Positions 34,894 through 44,234 of a stretch of 64,000 nt of DNA are shown here, piece by piece. The notes beneath the pieces were generated by a model. That model saw only the letters and a list, made by a program, of their open reading frames with translations, made no database searches and was not told where the DNA came from. Position 1 is the first letter of the stretch, and every line of letters begins with the position of its first letter. Made by a program: the position numbers and the translations under genes. The stretch is from Carpediemonas membranifera BICM (taxonomy: Eukaryota; Protista; Fornicata): positions 680,994 to 744,993 of the forward strand of contig JAHDYR010000067.1 of NCBI GenBank assembly GCA_019828565.1. Direction: 5' to 3'.

Positions 34894-34967
34894 TAGATAA
34901 TCTAGGGTTTTTAGGCCCTAGATTATCTAGAAAAAATCGTAGATTATCTGCCGACTTTCACAGTATG
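34894..34967 (-). repeat. Right TIR, copy 1
   Basis: ...CCGACTTTCACAGTATG; matches 12234-12307 and 43089-43162. Confidence 0.95.
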
Positions 34968-34969
34968 TC

Positions 34970-35125
34970 CGTGTCCGCTGGAAGGGCTATGAGCCCGAGG
35001 AGGACTCCTGGATCCCGCTAAACCAGGAGAACTACCGCCTGCAAGCCCTGGACGCCTATCTACTGGATCACCCGACGGCTGTGGCACCCCTCGAGGCGCT
35101 GGCTCGTCGTCGCCGCTGGCGATGA
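34970..35125 (+). pseudogene. Gypsy pol, part 3: remainder of chromodomain and stop
   Basis: Manual translation RVRWKGYEPEEDSWIPL...RRRWR* (chromodomain VRWKGY...DSW motif). Confidence 0.9.
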
Positions 35126-35466
35126 TGATCCCCATCTGATCGGGACCTTAGCACGTCCTAAACTATAAACTGCTGTCTGAGAAGCTTGATGCTGCTTAAT
35201 TGAGACTAATGGACCGCTTGCGAGGAAGAATCCCGTCGAAGATCCGAAGCTTTCGTGAAAGTTCTCGTATCTCGCCAACGAGGCCTATTGAGGCCAATGG
35301 AGTCATTTCAGCACCTAGGACCTCTTTAGCTCAATAACCTCCTTCAATGGAGTTGTTCGTCTTCACGCTCAACTATCTAATCAAACCATCGCATTTGATG
35401 GGTTTCGGATGAAATATCATAGACCAGTCCTCGCCGCCGCGCCCGTTACTCGTGGTCGTTACCACT

Positions 35467-35476
35467 GGGAGGGAAG
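35467..35476 (+). other. Polypurine tract of the Gypsy element
   Basis: GGGAGGGAAG directly before the 3' LTR. Confidence 0.8.
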
Positions 35477-35605
35477 TGTCAGCGCGGCACTTCAATCAAA
35501 TATTTATTTGATTGATGATCCGATCCGATCTCCGGGCAGGGTCCCGAATCGTCTTTTTGTTTTGCTTGTAAAGCTTCACCCCCCGTTTCGTCTGCGAAAC
35601 GAACA
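35477..35605 (+). repeat. 3' LTR of the Gypsy element
   Basis: Direct repeat of 5544-5672, followed by TSD CTGG. Confidence 0.93.
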
Positions 35606-35643
35606 CTGGTGAGTAAGGTAACGGTACAACACTTCTAACCAAG

Positions 35644-36151
35644 TTGGCTGAAAAGAATGAGAAAGAAACCGAAGATGAACCGAAAGCGCTCAACTTTCAG
35701 ACGGAGGACAAGAAGGAGCCCACAGAACCAGAAGAAGAAGAGGAGGAAGAAGAAGAGGACCCACTGCTTGCAATGGAATACATCGATTCCATGGTCGATC
35801 TTCCAAGCAAGAGAGCCCTCAATGAGGAGGCCCGCTGGATAAGACGAATCCATGCCCTGATCCAATCTTCCAAGATGGAGCCCACGGCCCGCAAGCGGCT
35901 CAACCACGAGATCTTCTGCAGACGAAAGGCCCTCAACATGAAGGATGACAACTGGTCCGATGCAACGTGTGGGCAAATTCCAGGCTTCTTTCTATCGCCA
36001 AGCCCGCAAGATCCGCAACGAGGAGGAGATCGATGAGCTCTTCTTCAAGGCCAAGGAGAAGGGTCACAAGAAGGAGGAGGACGATTATTTTCGCCCTCGA
36101 CACGGCAGGGGGAAGAAGGACCGAGGGAGCAGGGGCTCCAACAACCAGTAA
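35644..36151 (+). CDS. gag-like ORF1 of DIRS-A (frameshift near 35970)
   Basis: DPLLAMEYIDSMVDLPSKRALNEEARW...RRKALNMKDD is homologous to ORF 40505-41086; lies upstream of RT. Confidence 0.6.
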
Positions 36152-38933
36152 CACCAACATATCAATTCCCATCGATGAACAAACACTGGCAGACATGGCA
36201 ACGCTTCGGAGCCTCCGAGGAGGTAGTCGCTCTTCTCCGAGACGGAGTCCCAGTCACCCTAACCGCCCAACCCCCGCCACCCAAGCCCCAAACTCGACGA
36301 CTAGACCGCCGCATCCGCCCCAAGCTCGACGAGATGATAGCCTCGGGGGTCCTCAGAGAGTGCCACATCAAGGACCTTCGCTCCTCCGCGCCGTTGTTCG
36401 TTGTGCCAAAGGGGGAGGATGTGAGAGTTATTCACGATCTTCGCGAGCTCAATGCCGTCACCGCGGAGAGAAGGACGTTCCGACTCTTCGGGATTCGTCG
36501 CGCGATCGGACTGCTGCAGCACCACGCATACATGACAAAGATAGACCTCAAGTCAGGTTATCACCAACTGGGTCTGGCCGAGAAGGACTCGCCTCTCTTC
36601 GGAGTCGTCACGCCCGAGGGGAGGGCCTACTACTATCGAGGCCTGAGCTTCGGCTGGTGCGCGGCGCCATTCCACTTTCAAAGCGTAACGATTCAGCTCG
36701 CCAAGATCATCGCGAGACGCCTCAAGATTCTCGTCTCAGTCTACCTAGACGACTTTCTGTTCTCACACATGTCCAGAGAGTATCTCAGAGAGGCAACACG
36801 CAAAGCACTCAAGATCATGGAGGCCCTGGGGGTCATTCCCAGTCTTCCCAAGTCGGTCCTAGACCCGACTCGATCTCTCGAATACCTGGGCATGGTCCTC
36901 TCAACCGAGTCAGATTCAGTGAGACTTCCGCTCGAAAAGGCAATCAAGTACCGGCAGACACTGATCGCCGCAGCCGCGGCCGGGTCCATACCGCGGCAAG
37001 AGTGGGCCAAGATCATGGGAAAGCTAGCATTCTTCTCGACGACCGCGCATGCAGCCCTGCTCAAGCTTCGTCCTCTTCAAGCCATCCAAGGGGAGAACGT
37101 CTCCATCACAGAGGAGGTGGCATCACAACTGCAGCAGTGGCTTTGCACTCTGGAGGAGCGCCCGACCAGATCCTTTGTGGAGCTCAGGAGCCTCTGGTCT
37201 ATGGTAGACTCCCTCCAGTTATCGATAGCAACGGACGCGTCAGGCTACGGCTGGGGCGCCTGCCTCTACAGAGGCAACAACACAGACGAGGCCCAGGGCA
37301 AGTTTCCCCCAGACATCGCCGAGGAGCACATCGGGGTGAAGGAGCTGTACGCAATCGAAAGAGGGTTGGAGCTTGTTCCTTTGCAGGGCCACCCAACGAC
37401 GCTCACTGTTTTTACAGACAACGTTGCCGCTGCGTCTTGGGTCAACAAGCAAGGCTCCACAAGTGCAGGCCCGATAGTCATGGGCACACTGGAACGTATC
37501 TTACTGAGAGCAGACGCCAAGAACCTCACACTCCGATGCCTTCACATCGCCGGCCATCTCAACGTGCAGCCAGACAGACTGAGCCGGTTCGCCCGACTCG
37601 AGTGGGCAACCCCGAGGGGCGTTCTAGAGAACATCGCCAAACGGTGGGGACCCCCTCAGGTGGACGCGACTGCGAGGCCCGACAAGACCTTGGCGCTTCC
37701 GGGATTCGTGTCTCAGGCCTGGACCAGAGAGGAGCATGGCCTGAGCCGGGACTGGCGGGGGATGAGGGTCTTCATGGCTCCCCCGCTAGCTCTGATTGGA
37801 CAGATATCCCGTCGTATACAATCGATTCGGGAGCAGACCCAGAGTGGCTCCCCTCTGACCTGGACGTCAGCAGTGATAATTGTGACCCCAGACCACAGCT
37901 CACCGGAGATGAGGACACTGAAGCGCCTATCACGCCACAAGGCTTACTACTCTGTCCCAGCCAACCAGTATGCGGACTCGGAACTGAGCTGGCTCGAGAA
38001 GAACGACAAGATCCGCCTCATGGCGATGGTGGTCCGGACGACTTCGAGGCCCTCGTCAGACACGACAGACAAGCACATTTCAGGGATGAAGACTCGCGTA
38101 GGGCCGCGGCTGGCTGGGTCTGCAAGCTCCTTAGAGAGCGGGACAGGACCCTTCCAGACAACGAGCAGCTCAAACAGTACCTCAGTAGGGAAGCAGGCAC
38201 GTGCGGCCCTGCTTCGATTACGCGGAAGGGCTATTGGATCTGCGAGGCAGCCCCGCTTATCTCGGACTGGAAGCTGCCGCTGGCCGCGCGACAGATCATC
38301 ATCGGGGCTTCGAATAGAGCCTCGCTCCAAGGTCTCACTGGAGGCGCCCGGCCAGTGACCTCGGCCGAGGTACAGCGTGTAACGAAGACTTGGAGGACGT
38401 CCCCCCGCCACTTCCAGGTCGTCCTCTTCTCAACACTGTGCTTCATGACAGCCGCTAGAGGGGCGGAGATCTTCAACCTGACAAAGGGGGATATCCAGTT
38501 CGACCCGGAGGGCAATGCAGTCCTGCGGATCAATAGAACGAAGACGGAGACTGGGACGAGAAAACTGATTGTGAACAGGATGGTCTGTGACTTCAACCCA
38601 GCGAGAGCCCTAAAGCTCTGGATCGCGACCGCCACACGGCGGGATGGAGACAGCCTGTGGAGACGGGTCCGGAAGGACAAGGTCTCTCTGATGTAGGCCC
38701 TCAGCAAGGCGACAATGCGCAGGTGGGTGTCGCAGATGTACGGCCACGACACAACCCTTCACTCATTCAGGAAAGGGGCGGCGACCACCTGGGCGGTGGA
38801 GTCAGTGGCTCCATATACAATCATGTCTATGGGGGGATGGAGGACAACATCAAGTATGTTGAGGTACCTGGCGAATGGTGTGCGCCAGCACCCTGAGGTG
38901 CAGCGGCGCCTTTCCGACATCATCCTCAGGTAA
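35967..38933 (+). CDS. DIRS tyrosine recombinase ORF overlapping pol (frameshift near 38690)
   Basis: TAARGAEI, RTKT, HSFR, GGW and LRY give a complete R-K-HxxR-W-Y set. Confidence 0.85.
36175..38358 (+). CDS. DIRS pol: RT, RNase H, methyltransferase-like domain
   Basis: RVIHDLRELN, KIDLKSGYHQ, LSFGWCAAP, YLDD, YLG; ATDASGYGWG, HIGVKEL, TDN, NVQPDRLSR; WGPPQVD...DW...FMAPP. Confidence 0.9.
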   Translation: MNKHWQTWQRFGASEEVVALLRDGVPVTLTAQPPPPKPQTRRLDRRIRPKLDEMIASGVLRECHIKDLRSSAPLFVVPKGEDVRVIHDLRELNAVTAERRTFRLFGIRRAIGLLQHHAYMTKIDLKSGYHQLGLAEKDSPLFGVVTPEGRAYYYRGLSFGWCAAPFHFQSVTIQLAKIIARRLKILVSVYLDDFLFSHMSREYLREATRKALKIMEALGVIPSLPKSVLDPTRSLEYLGMVLSTESDSVRLPLEKAIKYRQTLIAAAAAGSIPRQEWAKIMGKLAFFSTTAHAALLKLRPLQAIQGENVSITEEVASQLQQWLCTLEERPTRSFVELRSLWSMVDSLQLSIATDASGYGWGACLYRGNNTDEAQGKFPPDIAEEHIGVKELYAIERGLELVPLQGHPTTLTVFTDNVAAASWVNKQGSTSAGPIVMGTLERILLRADAKNLTLRCLHIAGHLNVQPDRLSRFARLEWATPRGVLENIAKRWGPPQVDATARPDKTLALPGFVSQAWTREEHGLSRDWRGMRVFMAPPLALIGQISRRIQSIREQTQSGSPLTWTSAVIIVTPDHSSPEMRTLKRLSRHKAYYSVPANQYADSELSWLEKNDKIRLMAMVVRTTSRPSSDTTDKHISGMKTRVGPRLAGSASSLESGTGPFQTTSSSNSTSVGKQARAALLRLRGRAIGSARQPRLSRTGSCRWPRDRSSSGLRIEPRSKVSLEAPGQ

Positions 38934-39138
38934 ATCATCGATGGGACGGTGATTTGACTTGGACATGTAGACATATGTGGACGTGCAAGTTAGAGGCTTC
39001 TTCGAGAGAGGTATAGCTTGTGCCGGCGGGACATTCTCGTTGGAAAGACGTCGTATGTCCTGTCACAGGACCATCACTGGCACCTGCGCGCGCCGATCAA
39101 TGTGCACTTTAGGTCACACTTCGAAACGCATCGGCAGG

Positions 39139-39399
39139 ATGTCTGATAACGAAGACCTGCCGCCGCAAGACAGTCCCGATGAGCTTAACAAGCGTATCGA
39201 GAAGCTGGAGCGCTTGGTTAAGATACAATCGGAAGCAATTTTGGAGCAGCAAGCAGAAGCAGCTCGCCGTCCACTGTTCCTGGAGATGCCAAAGAGGTTC
39301 GGCCTCGAAGATGAGGCCAGATTCGTATACAAGACCATGAATAGGATCGAGAACGGCGCAAAGATGAAGGAATCCTCCGGCAAGAGAGCCCACACCTAA
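39139..39399 (+). pseudogene. Truncated gag-like fragment (DIRS-B)
   Basis: EMPKRFGLEDEARF resembles LPSKRALNEEARW and LPKKRPLLEEAKF; coiled coil. Confidence 0.45.
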
Positions 39400-39409
39400 C
39401 CCTCTTTCC

Positions 39410-40171
39410 ATGCATGAACGCGGCGTGGAGGGAGTGGCAGAGGTTGGGAGCATCACAACGCTCCCAGAGGGAAACAGATTTCTAATCTGTCGCCTTAACC
39501 ACTCGGCCACAGTGTCTTGTGCCCATATAGCACTCCCCTCTGGCATCCGTAACCCGGCGAAACTGCGACGCGCCATCACCAAGGCTGAGATGATCGAGGC
39601 ACTGGGGCGCCGGAGTGACGACTTTGAGTCATATCAGGCATGTCTCTTTGGGGCAGTCGCCTATCTGACGGTGTCCAGAGGCATCGAGATACTCTCCCTA
39701 TGCCCGGCCGACCTGGAGCTACTCAAGAACGGCGACATTCTTCTACACATTCAGCGGACCAAGACCATCCTAACGGGAGTTAAGAAGCGCGTACCATACG
39801 TATGGCTATCAGCCGCCTTCAACCCGGCCTTGGCACTTAGACGCTGGGTCGAGGGCACACACTACCTGGCTGATGACACCCCCATCTGGCGAGTCATAGT
39901 CAACGGGCGCCTGAGCAGAGACAAACCGCTCACAGCCGCACACCTCCGACGAGTCGTGAAGGCGTTGTTCGGTCCACGGACGGGTCTCCACAGCTTCTGT
40001 AAGGGGGCAGCGTCGGAGATGGCTCTATCAGGAGTCCCGCTGGAGGTGATCCTCTCAATGGGCACATGGAAGGACGTCACCTCCCTCCGCAGCTATGTCG
40101 CTGACGCCATCAGAACAAACGAGGACCTCACCAGGAGGATGAACCTCAGCCTTCTCGGGCCCCACTTTTAA
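39410..40171 (+). pseudogene. DIRS-type tyrosine recombinase, C-terminal part, with HxxR changed to HSFC
   Basis: TVSRGIEI, RTKT, HSFCKG, MGTW, RSY; paralogous to the YR of DIRS-A. Confidence 0.8.
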
Positions 40172-40504
40172 CCACCCCCTCCATTAAACATCCGCGTTCG
40201 AGGGGAACGGCCGAGGCGAGACGGACTCGCCGGCCTGGATTCATCATTAATTCTTAACTCTGGTCGAGGCGAGATAGACTCGCCGGCCCAAAGCTTTAGT
40301 CCCACAGGGACGTCTTGCGGGATTGTCCCATTTTGGTTGGATTTAAGAGGAGGGCTCTCTGTTATAGAGCCACACTTTGTGGATGGCACCCTCGGGTAGT
40401 ACCCCAGCTCATTGTCGCAAGGGCGACGGGACGTGGGCGAGGCCGGCAATCGCCGGATGCCCGCGTCATTGGTCAAGATTGGTCGGCGCAGTTTATGCGG
40501 CCAG

Positions 40505-43088
40505 ATGACGAACGATTCGCAGCCGGTGGCTGCGACGGCCGAGGAAGTGGCAGAACTGCGTACCACGGTGCAGGAGATGCAGAAAGCTCAGGAGAGATCC
40601 ACCAAGATCCTCGAGAGGATGGCCGCCGCAAGCGCCGAATCTGAAGCGGATTTCCACGAGGAACTGGCGTTTGAAGAAGATGAACAAGACCCCATCATGT
40701 CTTCCCTTTCATACATTGAGGCCATGACCGAGCTGCCGAAGAAGCGCCCTCTTCTGGAGGAGGCGAAGTTCCTTCGGAAGGTTCAAACGATCCTCACCTC
40801 TTCTACAGACACGAAACTCCTCAAGCGTCTTTCCCCCCTCCTCTCCGCCCGGCGTAGAGCTCTGATGATGAAGGATGAAGATTACAACGACGTCACAGTC
40901 ACCTACTTTCAGAACCAGGTATGGAAGGCCATCGCGGACAAAAGAACCCTCGACGAGTCCCAGATCGAGTCCTTCGAGCTCAAGTCTAAGATTCACGGAG
41001 CCAAGCGAAAGGGCGACAAGTTTCAGCCTCCGGGAGGCGGGGGCCGAGGCGGCAGCTCTCGCGGTCGCAACCGGCAGTCAAACTAACCGAGAACCACCTC
41101 TTCCCATCGATAACTGGCGACGTGTGGCGACTCTGGGAGCGCTTCGGCGCCTCAGAGCACGTCGTCAGCCTACTCAGAGACGGCGTTCCAATATCACTGA
41201 CCGCGCCTCCGTCGGCGGCCGCACCACAGACGCGACTGGACCCACGTGTTCGGGCCAAGCTCCAACAGCTGTTGAACGAGGGCATTCTCCGCAGAACGAC
41301 CCTGCAGTCCCTCCGCCATTCGGCCCCGATCTTCCCTGTTTCGAAAGGCTCGGACGACATCCGAGTAATACACGACCTCCGAGAACTCAACACCGTGACG
41401 GAGGAGACCCGAGTCTTCCGCCTCTTCGGCATCAAACGTGCTTTGGCGACGCTCACGGCCGGGGACTGGATGACGAAGATCGACCTCCGCTCGGGGTACT
41501 CTCAAGTCCCAGTCAGGGAGCAGGACAGGACACTTCTGGGCGTGGTCACTCCGGAGGGCGAGGCATTCTGCTACACTGGACTCCCCTTCGGTTGGACCGC
41601 GGCTCCGTTCTACTTTCAGACAATAACCATCCAGGCCGCAAAGATCATCACCAGGCGCCTCCAGATCCACGTTTGCGTGTATCTAGACGACTTCCTCCTA
41701 TCGTCTGCGCGCAAGGAGCACCTGGCATGGGCAACACACGAGGCCCTCGAGCTCATGCGCTCCCTCGGCCTCATTCCAGGGCTGGACAAGTGTATTTTTC
41801 AGCCTACACGCTGCTTGGAGTACCTCGGCCTCCTCATCAATACGGAGAACACTTCAGTGCGCCTTTCCAGCGACAAGGCGCGCAAGTATCAGCAGACGTT
41901 GATATCCGCGTTGGAGAGCGACTCCATCAGCGCCGTCGACTACTCCAAGATCCTAGGGCGTCTCTCCTTCTTCGCTTCCGCAGCGCATGCAGCACAGCTC
42001 AAGCTGCGGCCGTTGCAAGCAAGACAGCCGAGAGGCAGAGTACCTTTGGATGCAGCCCTCAAGCAAGAGCTCGCCCAGTGGGTCTCACTGCTGCAGCAGC
42101 GCCCAGCCAAGTCATTTATCGAGCTCAGGGCCCTCTGGGACATGACAGGCTCCCTGGAGATGACAGTGGCGTCCGACGCATCCAGCTTCGGCTGGGGGCC
42201 AGAGTATACCTCGGAGAGAACAACAGATCGGCGCATGGGCACTTCCCCCGCACATAGTGAACGCCCACATCTGCACAAAGGAGCTTTTCGCAGTCGTTCG
42301 GGGCGTCGAACTCATCTCTCCACAGCCGCAGGTGCGCACCCTGACAGTTTTTCTGCGACAACTCGGCCGTAGTCTCGTGGGTCAACAAGGGCGGATCGAC
42401 AAGAGCAGACCAGACAGTCATGAGCCTACTCCACGAGCTGCAACAACACCTCGACAGCAGAAACCTCGTGGCTCGATGTCTTCACATCGCAGGACACCTC
42501 AACGTGGAGCCGGACAGGCTGAGCCGGTTCATGAAGCTCGAGTGGTCGACCCCGCGTTCAGTCCTCGAGCGAATCCAGCGCAACTGGGGACCAGTGCAGG
42601 TCGACGCGACCGCCGCTCCCACTCGCCGCCTGGCCCTCCCAGGATTCGCTCAGCACGGATGGACTCTCGCAGAACACGGCCTGTCTCGGGACTGGACGGG
42701 GATGAGAGTCTTCGCAGCTCCTCCAGTAGCGATGATTCCAGCGACATATCTGCATATTCGGACGATTCGGTCGCCGACCCAGACTGGATCCCCTCAGACG
42801 TGGAGGTCAGCTGCGATAATAGTGACTCCGGACATCCCGTCACCAGAACTCCGCCGCTTGCTAGCCCTCTCATCAGTTCCCAAGATGTACTTCAGAGTGA
42901 ACCAAGATCTTCTGTCGGACTCCGAGCTGTCGCGGCTGGCCGAGAGGGGCAGGATAAGGCTCATCGCGATGATCATCAGGACTTCGAGTTCCTCCTCCAC
43001 CACGACAGGCTCTCACATCTGAGCCTAGAGGCGTCACGCAGGGCAGTCGCGGGCTACCTCGTCAAGTTCAACGCGTCGAGAGACACCA
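40505..43088 (+). mobile_element. DIRS-like element C (gag 40505-41086; pol 41122-43022 with frameshifts; YR interrupted by giant element copy 2)
   Basis: RT (KIDLRSGY, YLDD), ASDASSFGWG, NVEPDRLSR and FAAPP. The overlapping YR frame runs into the TIR at 43089. Confidence 0.85.
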
Positions 43089-43162
43089 CATACTGTGAAA
43101 GTCGGCAGATAATCTACGATTTTTTCTAGATAATCTAGGGCCTAAAAACCCTAGATTATCTA
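43089..43162 (+). repeat. TIR (transposase-side end), copy 2
   Basis: Exact reverse complement of 34894-34967. Confidence 0.95.
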
Positions 43163-44234
43163 TTTCTTCCGGACCGAAAATGAAGTATTCATTGAATTTA
43201 AACAATTTACGGGAAAATGAATACCTTCATTGCATACTAAAGCGCGTATGCAGAGAGCCTGCAAGAGGTCCAGTGCGGTCTAACCACTGATTTCGACTTC
43301 TTTGCGACGCAGGTTAAGGCAAAAGGATGAAACGAGCAATATCTCAAAATTGACACGTTGGAATCGGTACGAGAGTGATTTTGCAGACTGCTGACGGGAT
43401 GTACATATGCGCAAAATCACTCTGGTACCGATTCCAACGTGTAGATTTCGAGATATGGTCGTTTTTTCGTTTTTCGACTTGATCAGAGTCAAATTCGCGA
43501 AAGAGAAGGCGAATATCTCTGTGAATATTGCAGACCACGAATCCAGACTGGGGGACACGTAGAATGTCAGGGGGAAGAATATGATGGTGTTGGTGACATC
43601 GCGTAAGGACGACCGGTCTTGCGCGGTCAACGCTGACAAAACTTGACGATTCAGAGAAATAAATGGCGCCACCGTATTCAGCACAAGACAGTGAACTCAG
43701 CTATATGGTTTTTTCTCAGTATATTTACCCAGCGGCTGATCCCACAGTTTAAGGACGGGTATTAGCCTGCACTTTGCACGAAAAAATTCTGCCTGAACAC
43801 GACCAATTGTCCAAAACACAGCATTTAGCATGCAACATGAGCTGGAAGTAGCTGCAACATCTATTCTAGACCATTCAACAACGATTACGCAGGAAATTGA
43901 CGCAATAGAGGCCATTCAGTCCCATTACTTCATAGATTCACGCTTGAACGATATTACGAGCAGTATCAGGCGAGAAACAAGTAAGCTGAACGCGATTGGT
44001 GACTCCTTTCTCGCTGAGACATTTGCAGCATACTGACAGCCACGACACGCCATTAAGCTTATGTCAGGAGCGCCATCGCCAAACACGTAAATAGACCTGT
44101 ACGACAACCAGAGACGGACGTGAGTCAGAACGGTGTGCTACCGGAATACGCAGGGTGTTTTATGCCCTGTTGATTCCAGGAGCACGCTGCTCTGGGCCAC
44201 GTGAGATTGACCGCGAGACTAAATCCGATCTTTA

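Larger units (their letters stand above)
12234..34967. mobile_element. Giant (22,734 bp) cut-and-paste DNA transposon, copy 1
   Basis: 74-bp TIRs starting CATACTGTG. 2-bp TSD (TC) whose removal restores the Gypsy chromodomain frame. Internal DDE transposase. A second copy starts at 43089. Confidence 0.9.
5544..35605 (+). mobile_element. Ty3/Gypsy LTR retrotransposon (chromovirus), interrupted by a LINE and by the 22.7-kb TIR element
   Basis: 129-bp direct LTRs (TG...CA). 4-bp TSD CTGG at 5540-5543 and 35606-35609. Polypurine tract before the 3' LTR. Domain order PR-RT-RH-IN-chromodomain. Confidence 0.95.
35610..38933 (+). mobile_element. DIRS-like tyrosine-recombinase retroelement A (its 5' end may lie upstream of 5540)
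   Basis: gag-like ORF, RT-RNase H-methyltransferase-like ORF and overlapping YR ORF; termini not identified. Confidence 0.85.

Noticed and set aside
12234-34967. Polinton/Maverick or endogenous virus
   Set aside because: No polB, retroviral-type integrase, packaging ATPase or capsid motif was recognised. The orphan genes remain untested.
12226-34975. 8-bp TSD (GCCGTCTC vs TCCGTGTC)
   Set aside because: Only 6/8 identical; the 2-bp TC duplication restores the chromodomain frame exactly.
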